A stretch of DNA of 63,323 bases. It comes from Octopus bimaculoides. Taxonomy: Eukaryota. The notes beneath the pieces are model-generated. The model was not told where the DNA came from. It saw only the letters and a program-made list of their open reading frames with translations, and made no database searches. The stretch covers positions 97,964,824 through 98,028,146 of the forward strand of contig NC_068985.1 of NCBI RefSeq assembly GCF_001194135.2, read 5' to 3'. The translations under genes and the position numbers were made by a program. Positions within the stretch are counted from its first letter, which is position 1. The number at the start of each line of letters is the position of its first letter. Positions 1 through 12,279 of this stretch are shown here, one piece after another.

Positions 1-124
1 AGCAGCAGCAGCACCACCACCACCACCACTACCACCACCATCATATAACTATATGCTATAATTAAAAAAGCATAGTTATGATCAAGACTATATTCAGAAT
101 TTCAGTTTTTATCTTTAATTTTTT

Positions 125-518
125 TTGTCTTTGTTCCAGACACTTGACTGCGGCCATGTTGGAGCACTATCTTGAAGGGTTTTAGTGAAATCAGCCACGG
201 TACTTACTATTAATTCTTTAAAATCCGCTAATCATTCTATTGGTGTCTTTTGCCGAACCACTAAGTTATGGGCACGTAAACAAACCGACACCGGTTTGAC
301 AAGCGGTGATGGCGAGACAAACGCAAAACACACACACACGTGCATGCGTGCACACACACGCGCGCACACACATACACACATACACACACATATACGACGA
401 ACTTCCATAGTTCCCATCTACGAAATTCACTCACAAGGCTCTTTCCCAAGGTGCCGTGCGTTGGAATTGAACTAGAAGCCAAGTGGTTACAAAGCGAGCT
501 TCTTAGCCACACAGCCAT
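125..518 (-). mobile_element. Octopus-type tRNA-headed SINE, family A (internal microsatellite), diverged copy
   Basis: Reverse-complement match to the head/core (ccttgggcaag...ccttgtgagtgg...) and tail (catggccgcagtca) seen in the other family A copies in this window. Confidence 0.8.
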
Positions 519-842
519 GTATATTCATTCTTTATCCTTTTTTTTAATGTAAGTGAATTATTTTCGCGGCGCTCCTAGCTCTCACGATACACTATAATGA
601 GGAAGGGCATCATTTCAGAATCGCAATCCTCTTATAACAGGAAGGATGCAGTCGATAGTTTGTTCTTAAATACATCACTATGTCTAAAAACAATGACTGC
701 GTTGTCTTTCTGACCAAGAAAACATTTAACACACGAAGGCCCAGCCCGCACAGCTGCAAATGGGTCTAAGTAACTTGTAGTGCTGAGATCCAGTTGCCCT
801 GTAGGTCTGGAGAGACACTTCAATACACAGACTAAGACTCAC

Positions 843-1017
843 ATTGATTCACAATCGTCTGGGCTAGTTTTGACATTAGATTCACGCTCTCATTCAGATT
901 AAGCTTCCTTTCATGACTCGAAGCTGTGACATGAGACAGTTCCACACTCATGAACAAAACAAAAAACGCCAACAAGGGGACATATTCTTTCATACCACTT
1001 CGTGGTGAAAACACCAT
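843..1017 (-). CDS. Candidate first coding exon of a secreted protein (signal peptide); gene would continue leftwards
   Basis: aaaATGG start at 1017 (second ATG at 993); MVFSPRSGMKEYVPLLAFFVLFMSVELSHVTASSHERKLNLNESVNLMSKLAQTIVNQ; hydrophobic core followed by V-T-A|S; canonical donor CAAT|GTGAGT at 843/842, just before the in-frame stop. Confidence 0.4.
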
Positions 1018-1069
1018 TTTCTATGGTTACTTTGTAATTAAAACGAAAGTGTGTGGATTCACTGATGAT

Positions 1070-1343
1070 CATGGGCCCGGGAACAGGGGGTGCAAGTGGT
1101 GCAAGTGCACCCCCTAGAATTTTTGCGGAGTGCAGAACCAAAATTTGCAGCCCTACTTATTTTACTCAGGTTTACAAAACCGTGAATAAAAAAGTGATGT
1201 GTAAAAAGTACCTTGAAGTTAGGTTCCTTCTCAAAAAACAAATCACAAAAATAAATAACAAAAAAAAAAAACAAGACCAAATTTGTAAAAAATTTTGGAC
1301 CTGGGTTTGCACCCCCTAAGCAAATTTCGTTCCTGAGCCACTG
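1070..1343. mobile_element. hAT-type MITE (274 bp) with 8-bp TSD
   Basis: Perfect TSD CTGATGAT at 1062-1069 and 1344-1351; imperfect TIRs CATGGGCCCGGGAAC / rc CAGTGGCTCAGGAAC; internal GGGGGTGC/GCACCCCC motifs. Confidence 0.75.
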
Positions 1344-1921
1344 CTGATGATACACACACACACACAGATGTTTGTATGTATGTATGTATGTATGTATGTA
1401 TGTATGAGTATATATATATATATATGTATGTATGTATTTTAATGTCAAGAATTTTTCTTTGTAAGTTATTTAACATATTGGCAGTTGTCTATGTTATTGG
1501 TATTTGCCAATGGCCACTACGAGTTATTTCTCTTAGCTCAATTTTGTTGAAGTTATGACAATTTCCACAACCATAATCATTTTCTATTCTGTTTTGAATA
1601 AGTCTAAGTCCATTGGCTGCTGGAGATATTATCGGACAATTGTCTTGCTGGTAAAGGCTGTTGAACCAGGAACATGTGTCACCAGCTGCCCTCTTATCTC
1701 CTAAACCAATCCTTTTCCTTAATGATTTGTCTCTTCAGAAATCTTTGATTCTTGAGATTGTTTACACTTCTCGAGTAGAGCTGACCATTATTGCTATTTT
1801 GCAATTGTCATGCATTCTCATGAACCTGAGATAATTATTCTATTTAGCATACGTATGATGAATTTTTTATTGTAATGTATTTAACATACCGGTAATTGTC
1901 TATGTTGTTCAAATACATATA

Positions 1922-2200
1922 TAGGCGCAGGAGTGGCTGCGTGGTAAGAGGCTTGCTTACCAACCACATGGTTCCGGGTTCAGTCCCACTCCGTGGCTCC
2001 TTGGGCAAGTGTCTTCTACTATAGCCTCGGGCCGACCAAAGCCTTGTGAGTGGATTTGGTAGACGGAAACTGAAAGAAGCCCGTCGTATATATGTATATG
2101 TATATATATATATATGTATGTATGTGTGTGTATATATCTGTGTGTCTGTGTTTGCCCCCCCCCCCNNNNNNNNNNNNCCCACATCACTTGACAACCGATG
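1922..2200 (+). mobile_element. SINE family A, tail missing
   Basis: ggcgcaggagtggctgcgtggtaag...gttccgggttcagtccc (A/B-box-like head), core ccttgggcaagtgtcttctactatagcc, internal (TA)/(TG) tract. Confidence 0.9.
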
Positions 2201-2318
2201 TAAATATGTGAGTAGGTGTGTTTCTAAGTTAGTGTATATGTTTAGTCGCAATAAATTGTTTCTAACAAAAGTTTTCACTTTCTTTGCAAAAATTTCTAGA
2301 AACTATACTTACACTACA

Positions 2319-2361
<43 letters not shown>

Positions 2362-2716
2362 TCCTTGCACACAGACACACACACACACTCACAAACACAC
2401 ACATGCACATATACACACACATATACACACACAGTTCGTTCTGTCTAAAAATATTTGTGACCTGGTATCTCTGTTGACGTGCGTAATATTGGATGTGACC
2501 TACATCTGACGATCGCTTTTACATATCAGGGGGAGTGGTTTACTTAGAAGTAGACCTATTGTCAATGGTTCGTCAGCTGTCTTTCAAGAGGAAACGAAGA
2601 AATGTCATACGAGATGCGCGCGCGCGCACACATTCTCACATACGCACAAGCATTGCGTGTGTTCGCGTATATGCATGTACGTATACAGTAGTGGCTGTAT
2701 ATTATAATCACAGCAA

Positions 2717-2988
2717 AGGCGGCGAGCTGGCAGAATCGTTAGCGCGCTAGGCGAAATGCTTAGCAGTATTTCGTCTGCCGTTACGTTCTGAGTTCAAATT
2801 CCGCCGAGGTCGACTTTGCCTTTTATCATTTCGGGGTAATCGACTTAATCCCTTTGTCTGTCCTTGTTTGTCCCCTCTATGTTTAGCCCTTGTGGGCAAT
2901 AAAGAAATAAGAAACGTTAGCACGCCGAGCGAAATGCTTAGCGATATTTCGTCTATCTTTACGTTCTGTGTTCAAATTCCGCCGAGGT
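2717..2988 (+). mobile_element. SINE family B, two tandem copies (second cut by gap)
   Basis: ggcggcgagctggcagaa-cgttagc...gagttcaaattccgccgaggtcgactttgcc...; tail gggcaataaagaaataag, then the head restarts. Confidence 0.85.
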
Positions 2989-3691
2989 NNNNNNNNNNNN
3001 NNNNNNNNNNNNNNNNNNNNNNNNNNNNNNNNNNNNNNNNNNNNNNNNNNNNNNNNNNNNNNNNNNNNNNNNNNNNNNNNNNNNNNNNNNNNNNNNNNNN
3101 NNNNNNNNNNNNNNNNNNNNNNNNNNNNNNNNNNNNNNNNNNNNNNNNNNNNNNNNNNNNNNNNNNNNNNNNNNNNNNNNNNNNNNNNNNNNNNNNNNNN
3201 NNNNNNNNNNNNNNNNNNNNNNNNNNNNNNNNNNNNNNNNNNNNNNNNNNNNNNNNNNNNNNNNNNNNNNNNNNNNNNNNNNNNNNNNNNNNNNNNNNNN
3301 NNNNNNNNNNNNNNNNNNNNNNNNNNNNNNNNNNNNNNNNNNNNNNNNNNNNNNNNNNNNNNNNNNNNNNNNNNNNNNNNNNNNNNNNNNNNNNNNNNNN
3401 NNNNNNNNNNNNNNNNNNNNNNNNNNNNNNNNNNNNNNNNNNNNNNNNNNNNNNNNNNNNNNNNNNNNNNNNNNNNNNNNNNNNNNNNNNNNNNNNNNNN
3501 NNNNNNNNNNNNNNNNNNNNNNNNNNNNNNNNNNNNNNNNNNNNNNNNNNNNNNNNNNNNNNNNNNNNNNNNNNNNNNNNNNNNNNNNNNNNNNNNNNNN
3601 NNNNNNNNNNNNNNNNNNNNNNNNNNNNNNNNNNNNNNNNNNNNNNNNNNNNNNNNNNNNNNNNNNNNNNNNNNNNNNNNNNNNNNNNNNN

Positions 3692-3726
<35 letters not shown>

Positions 3727-4764
3727 TAGATATACATAAATATACATTGATTACGTGTGTGTATGTGAATTATTTTACGCCTGCACAACGGAAGCAAGAA
3801 AAGTACGTTCGTATTTGTATTATGACGACAGTGATTTACGACAACTAACTTCAAATACTATGTTCATTGAAGGATTGTCCATTGAAGGATGTTACGGTTG
3901 GTTACAGCAGTTTTTACTGATTCCTATTAATTATCCTAATACATGGCTTTTCCACAAAGCAATTAATCTTTCGTAATATAGCAAGGATGATATCTGCATG
4001 GTCGTGATACCAGCTACAAATGTAGAGAAATTTCGGCTCAAATTTATGTCTACTCATCTAAGTGCCTAGAATCTTATCTGTCTTACTTGTCCATTTATTC
4101 ACCTTGTTTTCCATAATTCTTTCTGACTCTGTCTGCTTCTTCACTCCCACTGTCTTCCCCGACGTCTCTCTCTCTGCCCCCACTAAACTGCTTACATATT
4201 TTGTCTCTCTGTCTACTTACCTATCCTCACGTTTGTTAGTCTACCTGCCTGTTATTCTATCTATCTGTTTGTCGGACTGTGTCTGGCCGGCTTGCTGGTG
4301 GCTGGCTGGCTAGTTGGCTTACCGGTTGGGTGACTGGCAGTTTTTCCGCCTACCCGGCCACATCGCTTGGTGTGTTTGTCCACCTACCAGTCTACGTTTT
4401 TCTGTCGCTCTGTCTGTCCTGATAGGTTATATAGTGCTATACACAATTACTAACCAACCCACTAACTACAAATTTTAAGAATTTTGGTTTAATAATCAAA
4501 AAGTCAAAAAAATACGTGTATTCTATGCATCTCTTTCCTTACAATTCTTTAAATTCAAATTCAAACTTCTAATCCCACCGAATATTATGTAAAAGTAATT
4601 ATCTCCCTTGAATTTACTGTCCGTTAGGGAAAAACACATGCTTGAATAACAACCATATCTTCTTTCAATCACACCCTACTGTCCTATGAAAGAAAAAATA
4701 CATTGTACAATGTTATCTTAGATAGCGCTATGTCTCCAGGTATAGTGTGAAAGATAGTATTATT

Positions 4765-4962
4765 TTACTTGTTTCAGTTATTTGCTGGAACACCGCCTTT
4801 AGTCGAACAAATCGACCCCAGGACCTATTCTTTGTAACCTAGCGCTTATTCGATCGGTCTCTTTTGCCGAATCGCTAAGTTACGGGGAGTAAACACACCA
4901 AAATCGGTTATCAAGCGATGTTGGGGGAACAAACACAGACACACGCAAATACATACATACAT

Positions 4963-5024
<62 letters not shown>

Positions 5025-5190
5025 GACGGGCTTCTTTCAGTTTCCGTCTACCAAATCCACTCACAAGGCTTTGGTCGGCCCGTGGCTATAGTAGAAGACA
5101 CTTGCCCAAGGTGCCACGCAGTGGGACTGAACCCGGAAACATGTTGTTGGGAAGCAAGTTCCTTGCCACACAGCCACTCTTGCGCCTATA
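4765..5190 (-). mobile_element. SINE family A, near full length
   Basis: Reverse complement of head, core, internal microsatellite and tail. Confidence 0.9.
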
Positions 5191-5489
5191 TGGTCACAGC
5201 TGAACTTTACTGCACGTAGTTCTACACATTTTGTGGTGACTTAGAAACGATGGTGACAGCAGCATATCCGATTATGGACGTGTGAATATGAGTATATGTA
5301 TAGCTGTGTATGCATGCTTGTATTATGTCAATTACTCGGAACAATGTGTAATTTGAGAATTTTTGAATATTAGCAGCTCACCTCGTCATCAACCTATACC
5401 GTCTCAAATTACACGCTGGTCAGAGTAATTAACATAATTACAAGCATACATACACAGCTATACATATAGACAACATCTCGATCAACACA

Positions 5490-5940
5490 ATGATCTGGGT
5501 TTCACTTTACAGAAGTCTAGAAGCAGAAGATATTCGGCCACTTGCTTGACCGACTCCGATTATGCTGATGACAGAGCACTCATCGCACTCATCGCAGCCA
5601 ACACAAAAGATGTTGAACGTTTACTCCATCTCCGGGAAAATGCTGCCGCTAGTACAGGACTATATGTGAATGAAAAGAAGACAGAATTTATCACCTTGAA
5701 CTCAACAGGTGAAATCAGGAACATCAAACAGAAGCCCTTGAAAAATGTCAACGTGTTTACTTACCTAGGCAGCAATATCGTGTCCACTGACAAAGATATT
5801 AAATCTTGCCTTGCTAAGCCTTAGGCAGCTATAGACGATCTTAGAACAATATGGAAGTCAACCCCACCAGATAAATTGAAGAGACAGTTCGTCAGAGCAG
5901 TTGTTGAATTTGTGCTTGTATATGAATCCCTGACTTGGAC
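5490..5940 (+). mobile_element. RTE-clade LINE fragment (RT C-terminal part), degenerate
   Basis: TDSDYADD catalytic motif, GLYVNEKKTEF, FTYLGSNI, then LRTIWKS...KLKRQFVRAVVEFVLVYES with stops. Confidence 0.85.
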
Positions 5941-6208
5941 TCAAAATTTGAACTCGGAATTTGAACTCAGAACATAAAGACAGACGAAATACTGCTAAAC
6001 ATTTCGTCCGGCATGACAACTTTATCTTTATACCCTATGAATATAAGCAATTTTTGCTAACTCAGCAGCCCACCATTAACTAGCTCCTTGCTCCAGATTC
6101 TGTTTTTGTTTGTTTCTTTTTTTTCCAACACTTATTATTATTACTTACAATGGTAATAATTACTAATGTGCTTCAGGGAATTCTCCGGAAACATTTTGTT
6201 TCTTTCTT

Positions 6209-6287
<79 letters not shown>

Positions 6288-6614
6288 AATTTTTTTCTTT
6301 TCTTTCTTTTATTTTTAGATACAAGAACTCTAGTATCTAAAGCGAATCAATAACTTCTAATGTATGATTTGATAAATAGTAGAGGGTTGCAGAATCTTAA
6401 TGGTCTCCCAATAAATTGATAGTTTTAGCATCATGATATATGTTTTGTTGTTAAACTTACTGTTATCAATATAAATAATATTCATCATTGAGAAACTATT
6501 TTTTAGTGCTTCAGCAGAAACTTATTACCTTCCTTATTTTTCCTGTTGCGGAANNNNNNNNNNNNNNNNNNNNNNNNNNNNNNNNNNNNNNNNNNGTGTT
6601 TAAAAAAGAATTCG

Positions 6615-6769
6615 CCTCGTAGTCATGTGGTTTTGGCTTAAGTCTCACTGCATAGCATCTTGGGCGATTATCTTCTTCAGTTGCTTAGGGCTTACTCATG
6701 TCTTGTGAGTTGATTTGGTGAGTTAATTTCTGTAGAGGCCTGTCATATATGTATATGCAGCTGTGTGTG

Positions 6770-6801
<32 letters not shown>

Positions 6802-7055
6802 CGCGTGTGCGTGCGAATATGAGAGCGTGCATCTGTGTGTTCGTACGCGTGCATAGTGCTTGTGCCCTGCCGTTTTATAACCGGCGTTGGTTCATTATGT
6901 CACCTTTGCCCTTGTGTATCAAGAAAAAGAGACTGATAGAATAAGGACACGGCTTTAAAATATAAGTGCTACAGTCGATTTGTTTCACCAAACCCTTTGA
7001 AATGGCACCCCATCATGGCTGCTGTCCAATGACTGAAACAAGCAATAAAAAGATG
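6615..7055 (+). mobile_element. SINE family A, old diverged copy
   Basis: Degenerate core (tcttgggcgattatcttc, cttgtgagttgatttgg) and tail (catggctgctgtccaatgactgaaacaag). Confidence 0.7.
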
Positions 7056-7754
7056 AAAGATGCGGAAAACATGTTTGGTAATAATAAAAATCAACATCTC
7101 GTAGATACAATGAAAATACTTTTTTCGTGTTAAGTATTTGTTTGTAAACTAATTTTCTGTTATGGCCACCTTTTTTATTGTCTGCTTTTGACGGTATCAT
7201 ATTCATTATTTTACTTCTGCGAGTGCTACAAACATGAACTCGTGTCAGAAAAAATATAGTTAATGCATGAACATATTTACCATAGTATATTTATGGCGTG
7301 ATTTTTTTTTTCCTTTCGTTTTTAACCATAATATTATTTCATTACATTATTTGCTTTCAACCAGAATTCATTTCATATCTATTGAGCTCTTCACAAAGAT
7401 GCTTTACATGAAAACGATATTTTCACAGTTGTTCTCTCAACCACTGGAATGCTGAGATGAGTCCGTGATTATTCTGCAGTCTAGTTCGCCGCCTTGTGAC
7501 GGATATAGTGGCTAGCTTTTATCTGCTCTTGCCATCTGATAATGATAGAAACAATTGGTATCACATAGCATGAATTATGTCTTGGCTGGTAATGTCCTTC
7601 AGTCAGCCTTCTTTGAAACCGAAGTATCCACATTTTGCTTTATATCGTCTGCGGTATGGGTTACAAGAATACAATCATTAAGCAAACGACACTGATTTCA
7701 CTAGCACATGTGTGGTCTAGGTCTTGATTTTAAGTCTTATTAGCATCAAGTAAT

Positions 7755-7975
7755 ACAAGTGATCCACCACAAAGCCCAGTCTTTGTTCCCGTGTGGTGGC
7801 TTGTGTGTCTCAATGGCCTTGAGATCTATGTCAGCGGAGCGCAAACGCCCAGTAGGGACACCCATGCTGGACAGGTCAAAGTACAGATGCCTGACTAATA
7901 TGGACCATCTCTTCTCATTCCAGTGTGTAGAGATTCCATCCTGCGGAGAAACTCTTCATTAAATCGAAACATCGA
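7755..7975 (+). mobile_element. RTE-like 5' UTR fragment
   Basis: Shares ctg(g/a)acaggtcaaag..caga.gc..gactaatatgg with 34400-34440, which is fused to an RTE 3' end. Confidence 0.5.
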
Positions 7976-8045
7976 TACCAGCCACACACTCATACGCACG
8001 CACAGACGCACGCTCGCACACATGCACGCACGCACGCCCACATGC

Positions 8046-8090
<45 letters not shown>

Positions 8091-8125
8091 TGTGGCTTTA
8101 ATCATACACACATATGTAATACGTG

Positions 8126-8420
8126 AAGGCGCGTGGCTTAGTAGTTAGGGTACTCGGCTCACGAGCGTAAGGCCGTGAATTCAGTTCCCGGCAACGCGTT
8201 GTGTCACTGAGCAAGACATTTTATTTCACATTGCTCCAGTCCAATCAGCAAGCAAAAATCAGTAGTACCTGTATTTCAAAGGACCAGCCTTGTCATGCTG
8301 AATCTCCCTCATGTGTCTGTGGAGTGCTCAGCCACTTACACGTTAATTTCACGAGCAGGCTGATCCGTTCATCGGATCAATGGGAACTCTCGTCGTCGTC
8401 GCAGCCGACGGAGTGCCATT
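8126..8420 (+). mobile_element. SINE family C
   Basis: gaaggcgcgtggcttagtagttaggg head; cacgttaatttcacgagcaggctg...gtcgtcg..ccgacggagtgcc tail. Confidence 0.85.
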
Positions 8421-9156
8421 TGTTTTTATATAATACGTATAGATTATGTTAGACTTTAAACTTCATCATAATAGATTTAGGAGAGTTATTGATCCAAACA
8501 AAACGTAAATGGCCAATACGAAAACATGAAAAATAATTCAGTAAAAACAAAATCTAACAAGAACATAACCGTGTTTGATATAACATCTGAAAGAAAACCT
8601 GTTCCCTATCTGCACNNNNNNNNNNNNNNNNNNNNNNNNNNNNNNNNNNNNNNNNNNNNNNNNNNNNNNNNNNNNNNNNNNNNNNNNNNNNNNNNNNNNN
8701 NNNNNNNNNNNNNNNNCAGATGCATACACACATACACACACACACACATGCTTTATATTTAGAAATTACTAAAGGAGCAGATTTATATATATTATTTATT
8801 ATTCATCGTCTTCAACGGAGAATTTGTATTCGTATGTTAAGAAATAGCAACCAAATTTCCCTCAAACCACACTCTACTGTCTGTCAAAAAGTGGGTGAAG
8901 AAATATAGGAGGAGGTGTGGGAAAAAGAAAAACACAGAAAAGACAAAAAGAGTAACAGTGGGAGAAAGAAAAAGTACAGAGATTTGAAAAATGATGTTGG
9001 TCGGAGAAGAAATGTTCTAAAATACATTGGCAATTGCATAATTTTGTGTGACGTCAAACTTTTTGCTTAAGTCGTTGGAAGATAATTTTCCTTTATAAAG
9101 ATTTTACACATCTCGTAAGCCTGCAGTTTTGCAATTTCCATGTTTTATAATTTTCT

Positions 9157-10110
9157 ATCTGGATAGCATCATTAGTAACAATGGCGATATTGAGACTGTC
9201 GTCAACCATAGATATGGCTAAGCCGCGACCGTATTTCAGAGAATGTAAGCTATCTAGTCTTCCAACACCATCGGTTTACACACAAAGATCCGGCTCTATA
9301 ATAGCCTAACTCTCCCAACAGTTCTCTGTGACAATGAGGATGGGAAGCGTACCGTGAAAGTGGACAGGAAGCTAAATGTGTTCCATCAAAGATACGTAAG
9401 ACGAATTCTAAAGAAAGCCAAGAAAAGGCCAATTTGTGAAATCAACCCAGAACGAAGATTAAAACTAGCGGGTCACATACTCCGGCCTCCAGAAGAACGC
9501 CATTCTAAAACAGCTTTTATATACTCTCTCTCTTTACTCTTTTACTTGTTTCAGTCATTTGACTGTGGCCATGCTGGAGCACCGCCTTTTAGTCGAGCTA
9601 ATCGACCCCAGGAGTTATTCTTTGTAAGCCTAGTACTTATTCTATCGGTCTCTTTAGCCGAACCGCTATGTTACGGGGACGTAAACACACCACCATCGGT
9701 TGTCAAGCGATGCTGGCGGGACAAACACCGACACACAAACACATACACACACACATACATATATATATACATATACATATATATACGACAGGCTTCTTTC
9801 AGTTTCCGTCTCCCAAATCCACTCACAAAGCTTTGGTCGGCCCGAGGCTATAGTAGAAGACACTTGCCTAAGGTGCCACGCAGTGGGACTGAACCCGGAA
9901 CCATGTGCTTGGTAAGCAAGCTACTTACCACACAGCCACTCCTACGGAATAAAAAGGGAGACTGAAAAAAATTACATGGCCCAAAACATTCATAACCTAT
10001 TTGCAGGAAGCCAATATGACATAGCCGGATCTAGAGAAAACCGCCACCAATTGTAACCAGTGGAGTCAGCTTGATGTCCAATGTGCTCTAGAGAACTGGA
10101 AGAGCTGATA
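9157..10110 (+). mobile_element. RTE-clade LINE 3' fragment interrupted by a SINE
   Basis: YLDSIISNNGD...AATVFQRM...TKIRLYNS...KLNVFHQRYVRRIL (9157-9515), resuming as ITWPKTF...WSQLDVQCA (9960-10110). Confidence 0.8.
9525..9943 (-). mobile_element. SINE family A, full length, nested in the RTE fragment
   Basis: Reverse complement of complete head, core and tail. Confidence 0.9.
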
Positions 10111-10624
10111 ATGATACTAATAGTACATATAACCGAGTGCTCTTTATGCTATTATTCTAGTGCATATTTTTGCTATGAAAACATTTTATTTCATTAAGTT
10201 CTGCAGTAATGGGAATAATATCAAGTCAGTCTTATCCACCTATCTACGCAGTATTGTCACGCATCTCTGTACAACATGCAACACGCAGAAAATCATACAA
10301 GTGTACTGCTGTCTGTGTAGCATTCACACCTTACTTTCTCAACTCTATGTAAGACATCTCACTCAGTCAGCCGCTCAGAAATAAATTTAATCAATAATTT
10401 TTGCTATTTGTAAGAAACAATTTGAAAAGAAAAAACGCAAAAGAAAAAAACAAAAAAAACAAAAAGGTTACTCGCTCGAGATGTATATTATGTAAAACAA
10501 TTACAGAAATAAACTGAATAAATATAAAATAAATACGGAAGCTGATTAAACAACAAACAATTTTGATTCCACGAACAGAGACAAGCATGATTGTGCAGTA
10601 AAGAAGCAAACATCGGAACGGAAT

Positions 10625-10767
10625 CTGAAACCATGTGGTTGCATCGGTTTCGGGTTCAGTCCCACAGTGCAGCACCTTGGACAAATGTCTTCTACTAATC
10701 CCAGGACGATAAATGCCTCTTGAGTGAAATTGGTAGACGTAAACTGTATGGAAACACATCGTGTGTA

Positions 10768-10790
<23 letters not shown>
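10625..10790 (+). mobile_element. SINE family A, partial and diverged
   Basis: ttcgggttcagtcccacagtgcagcaccttggacaaatgtcttctac...gagtgaaattggtagacg. Confidence 0.65.
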
Positions 10791-10814
<24 letters not shown>

Positions 10815-10824
10815 NNNNNNNNNN

Positions 10825-10885
<61 letters not shown>

Positions 10886-11035
10886 TGTGTGTGTGTATAC
10901 AAAATACGCCATGTAAAGCAGGATTCTACGAGAGTACCTTTTTCATAGAATATTATTATATATGTAACATATGATATGATTATAAACAGGGCAAATTTTT
11001 AGCCATTTCTCCACATACTGAAAAAAGGATGAACA

Positions 11036-11078
11036 ACCTTAATCGATTTTCAAACCTCATTGGATTCTCATCAGAGGC
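11036..11078 (-). ncRNA. Minimal type I hammerhead ribozyme motif
   Basis: GCCU-CUGAUGA-GAAUCC AAUGA GGUUU-GAA-AAUCGAUU-A-AGGU: catalytic core intact except a G10.1-U11.1 wobble, palindromic helix III AAUCGAUU, UUA cleavage triplet, helix I GCCU/AGGU. Confidence 0.6.
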
Positions 11079-11124
11079 GTGTACATGATTCTGATACTCT
11101 CCAGAGAAACAAGCAGCCAAACTG

Positions 11125-11325
11125 CAAGCTGGAAGAATGATTAGCACGCCGGGTAAAATGCTTGGCGGCACTTCGTCCGTCTTTACGTTCTGAGTTCAAA
11201 TTTCGCTGAGATCAATTTTGCCTTTCATCATTTCGGGCTGGATAAAATAAATACTATTTGAGCGCTGGGGTCGTTGTAATCGACTTGTCCCGTCCCTGAA
11301 ATTGCTGGCTTTGTGCCAAAGCTCA
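11125..11325 (+). mobile_element. SINE family B
   Basis: ttagcacgccgggtaaaatgctt...ctgagttcaaattt...gcctttcatcatttcggg. Confidence 0.8.
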
Positions 11326-11344
11326 AGATCATATGTAGACATGA

Positions 11345-11690
11345 TATTCCGTCGGTTACGACGATGTGGATTCCAGTTGAGCCAATCAACAGAACAGCCA
11401 GCTCGTGAATTTAAAGTGCAGGTCACTGAGCACTCCACAAACACGAGTGTCCTTAGCGTAGTTCTCAAGGAGAATCAGTCTTACACAAAATGTGACAAGG
11501 ATGACCTTATGGAATACAGGTACCACTCATTTTTTTGGTAGTACCTGTATTTTTGCCAGCTGATTGGACCGGGGCAATGTGAAATAGAGTGTCTTGCTCA
11601 AGGACACTACGTGTTGCCGAGAATTGAACTCATGACCTTACGATCATGAACCGAATACCCTAAACATTTAGCCACGCGAATTCACTGTTA
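11345..11690 (-). mobile_element. SINE family C
   Basis: Reverse complement of family C head and tail (ccgtcggttacgacga...ccagttga). Confidence 0.8.
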
Positions 11691-12151
11691 TTATACGTAG
11701 AATGTTATTATATATAAGTAATTTAAATGTCGAAGTGAATCTAACGGTTTTTGTGTGTTTTAAATGGCTTATAAACACCTTCCACGCTGCAATTGTTTTC
11801 GTTCCAGCACACGATCTCAGATCAGGTCACTTGCTATGCAAGTACATCTCTCTATATGTATATATAAATGAATTACCAGGACATCTATTTCTGCGAATTG
11901 GTTGACTTTGTAGAAAATGCAGCCAGAAGAAGCTTCATTAACCGGAATTAAGGGAAGGTTTAAAGATATTGCCACAGTAATGTCATGTGGTTTTGAAACT
12001 CGAAGAAATTCGGTCTTCTGAAGATCGAAAATGTTTCAACAGTGTGCTTACGCGCACGCCTGCGTGCGTGTGTAATTCACACGTGCCTCTTTGAAGTTAA
12101 TTCTATGTTGAGTACGAGTACTTCAGGGTAGATTTTCCTCGATATTTTTAT

Positions 12152-12279
12152 CCGATTGGATCAGTGACGTAGGGTGAGCGTGCTTCACGGAACGTACACG
12201 GACGGCTACTTTACATACGTCTGTTTCCTGTAGTTGTAGGTAATGTTATATCTGAAAAAGATGGCTTGGAGTGGTGAGT
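12152..12279 (+). promoter_or_regulatory. Possible promoter with a short ATG exon
   Basis: ATTGG (CCAAT box) 12155-12159, TGACGTA (CRE-like) 12165-12171, aaagATGGCTTGGAGTG|GTGAGT at 12261-12279; motif-level evidence only. Confidence 0.2.

Noticed and set aside
1922-2000. tRNA-like heads of the SINEs
   Set aside because: A/B-box-like sequence without a full cloverleaf, followed by SINE cores; not tRNA genes.
3755-3976. 73-aa ORF, and the doubly open frame at 10208-10348
   Set aside because: No recognisable domain, and at most generic splice-site matches; expected occasionally by chance in 63 kb.
8490-8590. Minus-strand acceptor with hydrophobic frame DVISNTVMFLLDFVF...
   Set aside because: Composition is explained by T-rich sequence; chaining it to the 35.3-kb and 17.4-kb cassettes into a membrane protein is unsupported.
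12013-12045. CTGAAGA-TC-GAAA hammerhead-like core
   Set aside because: No helix II and only a 2-bp helix I.
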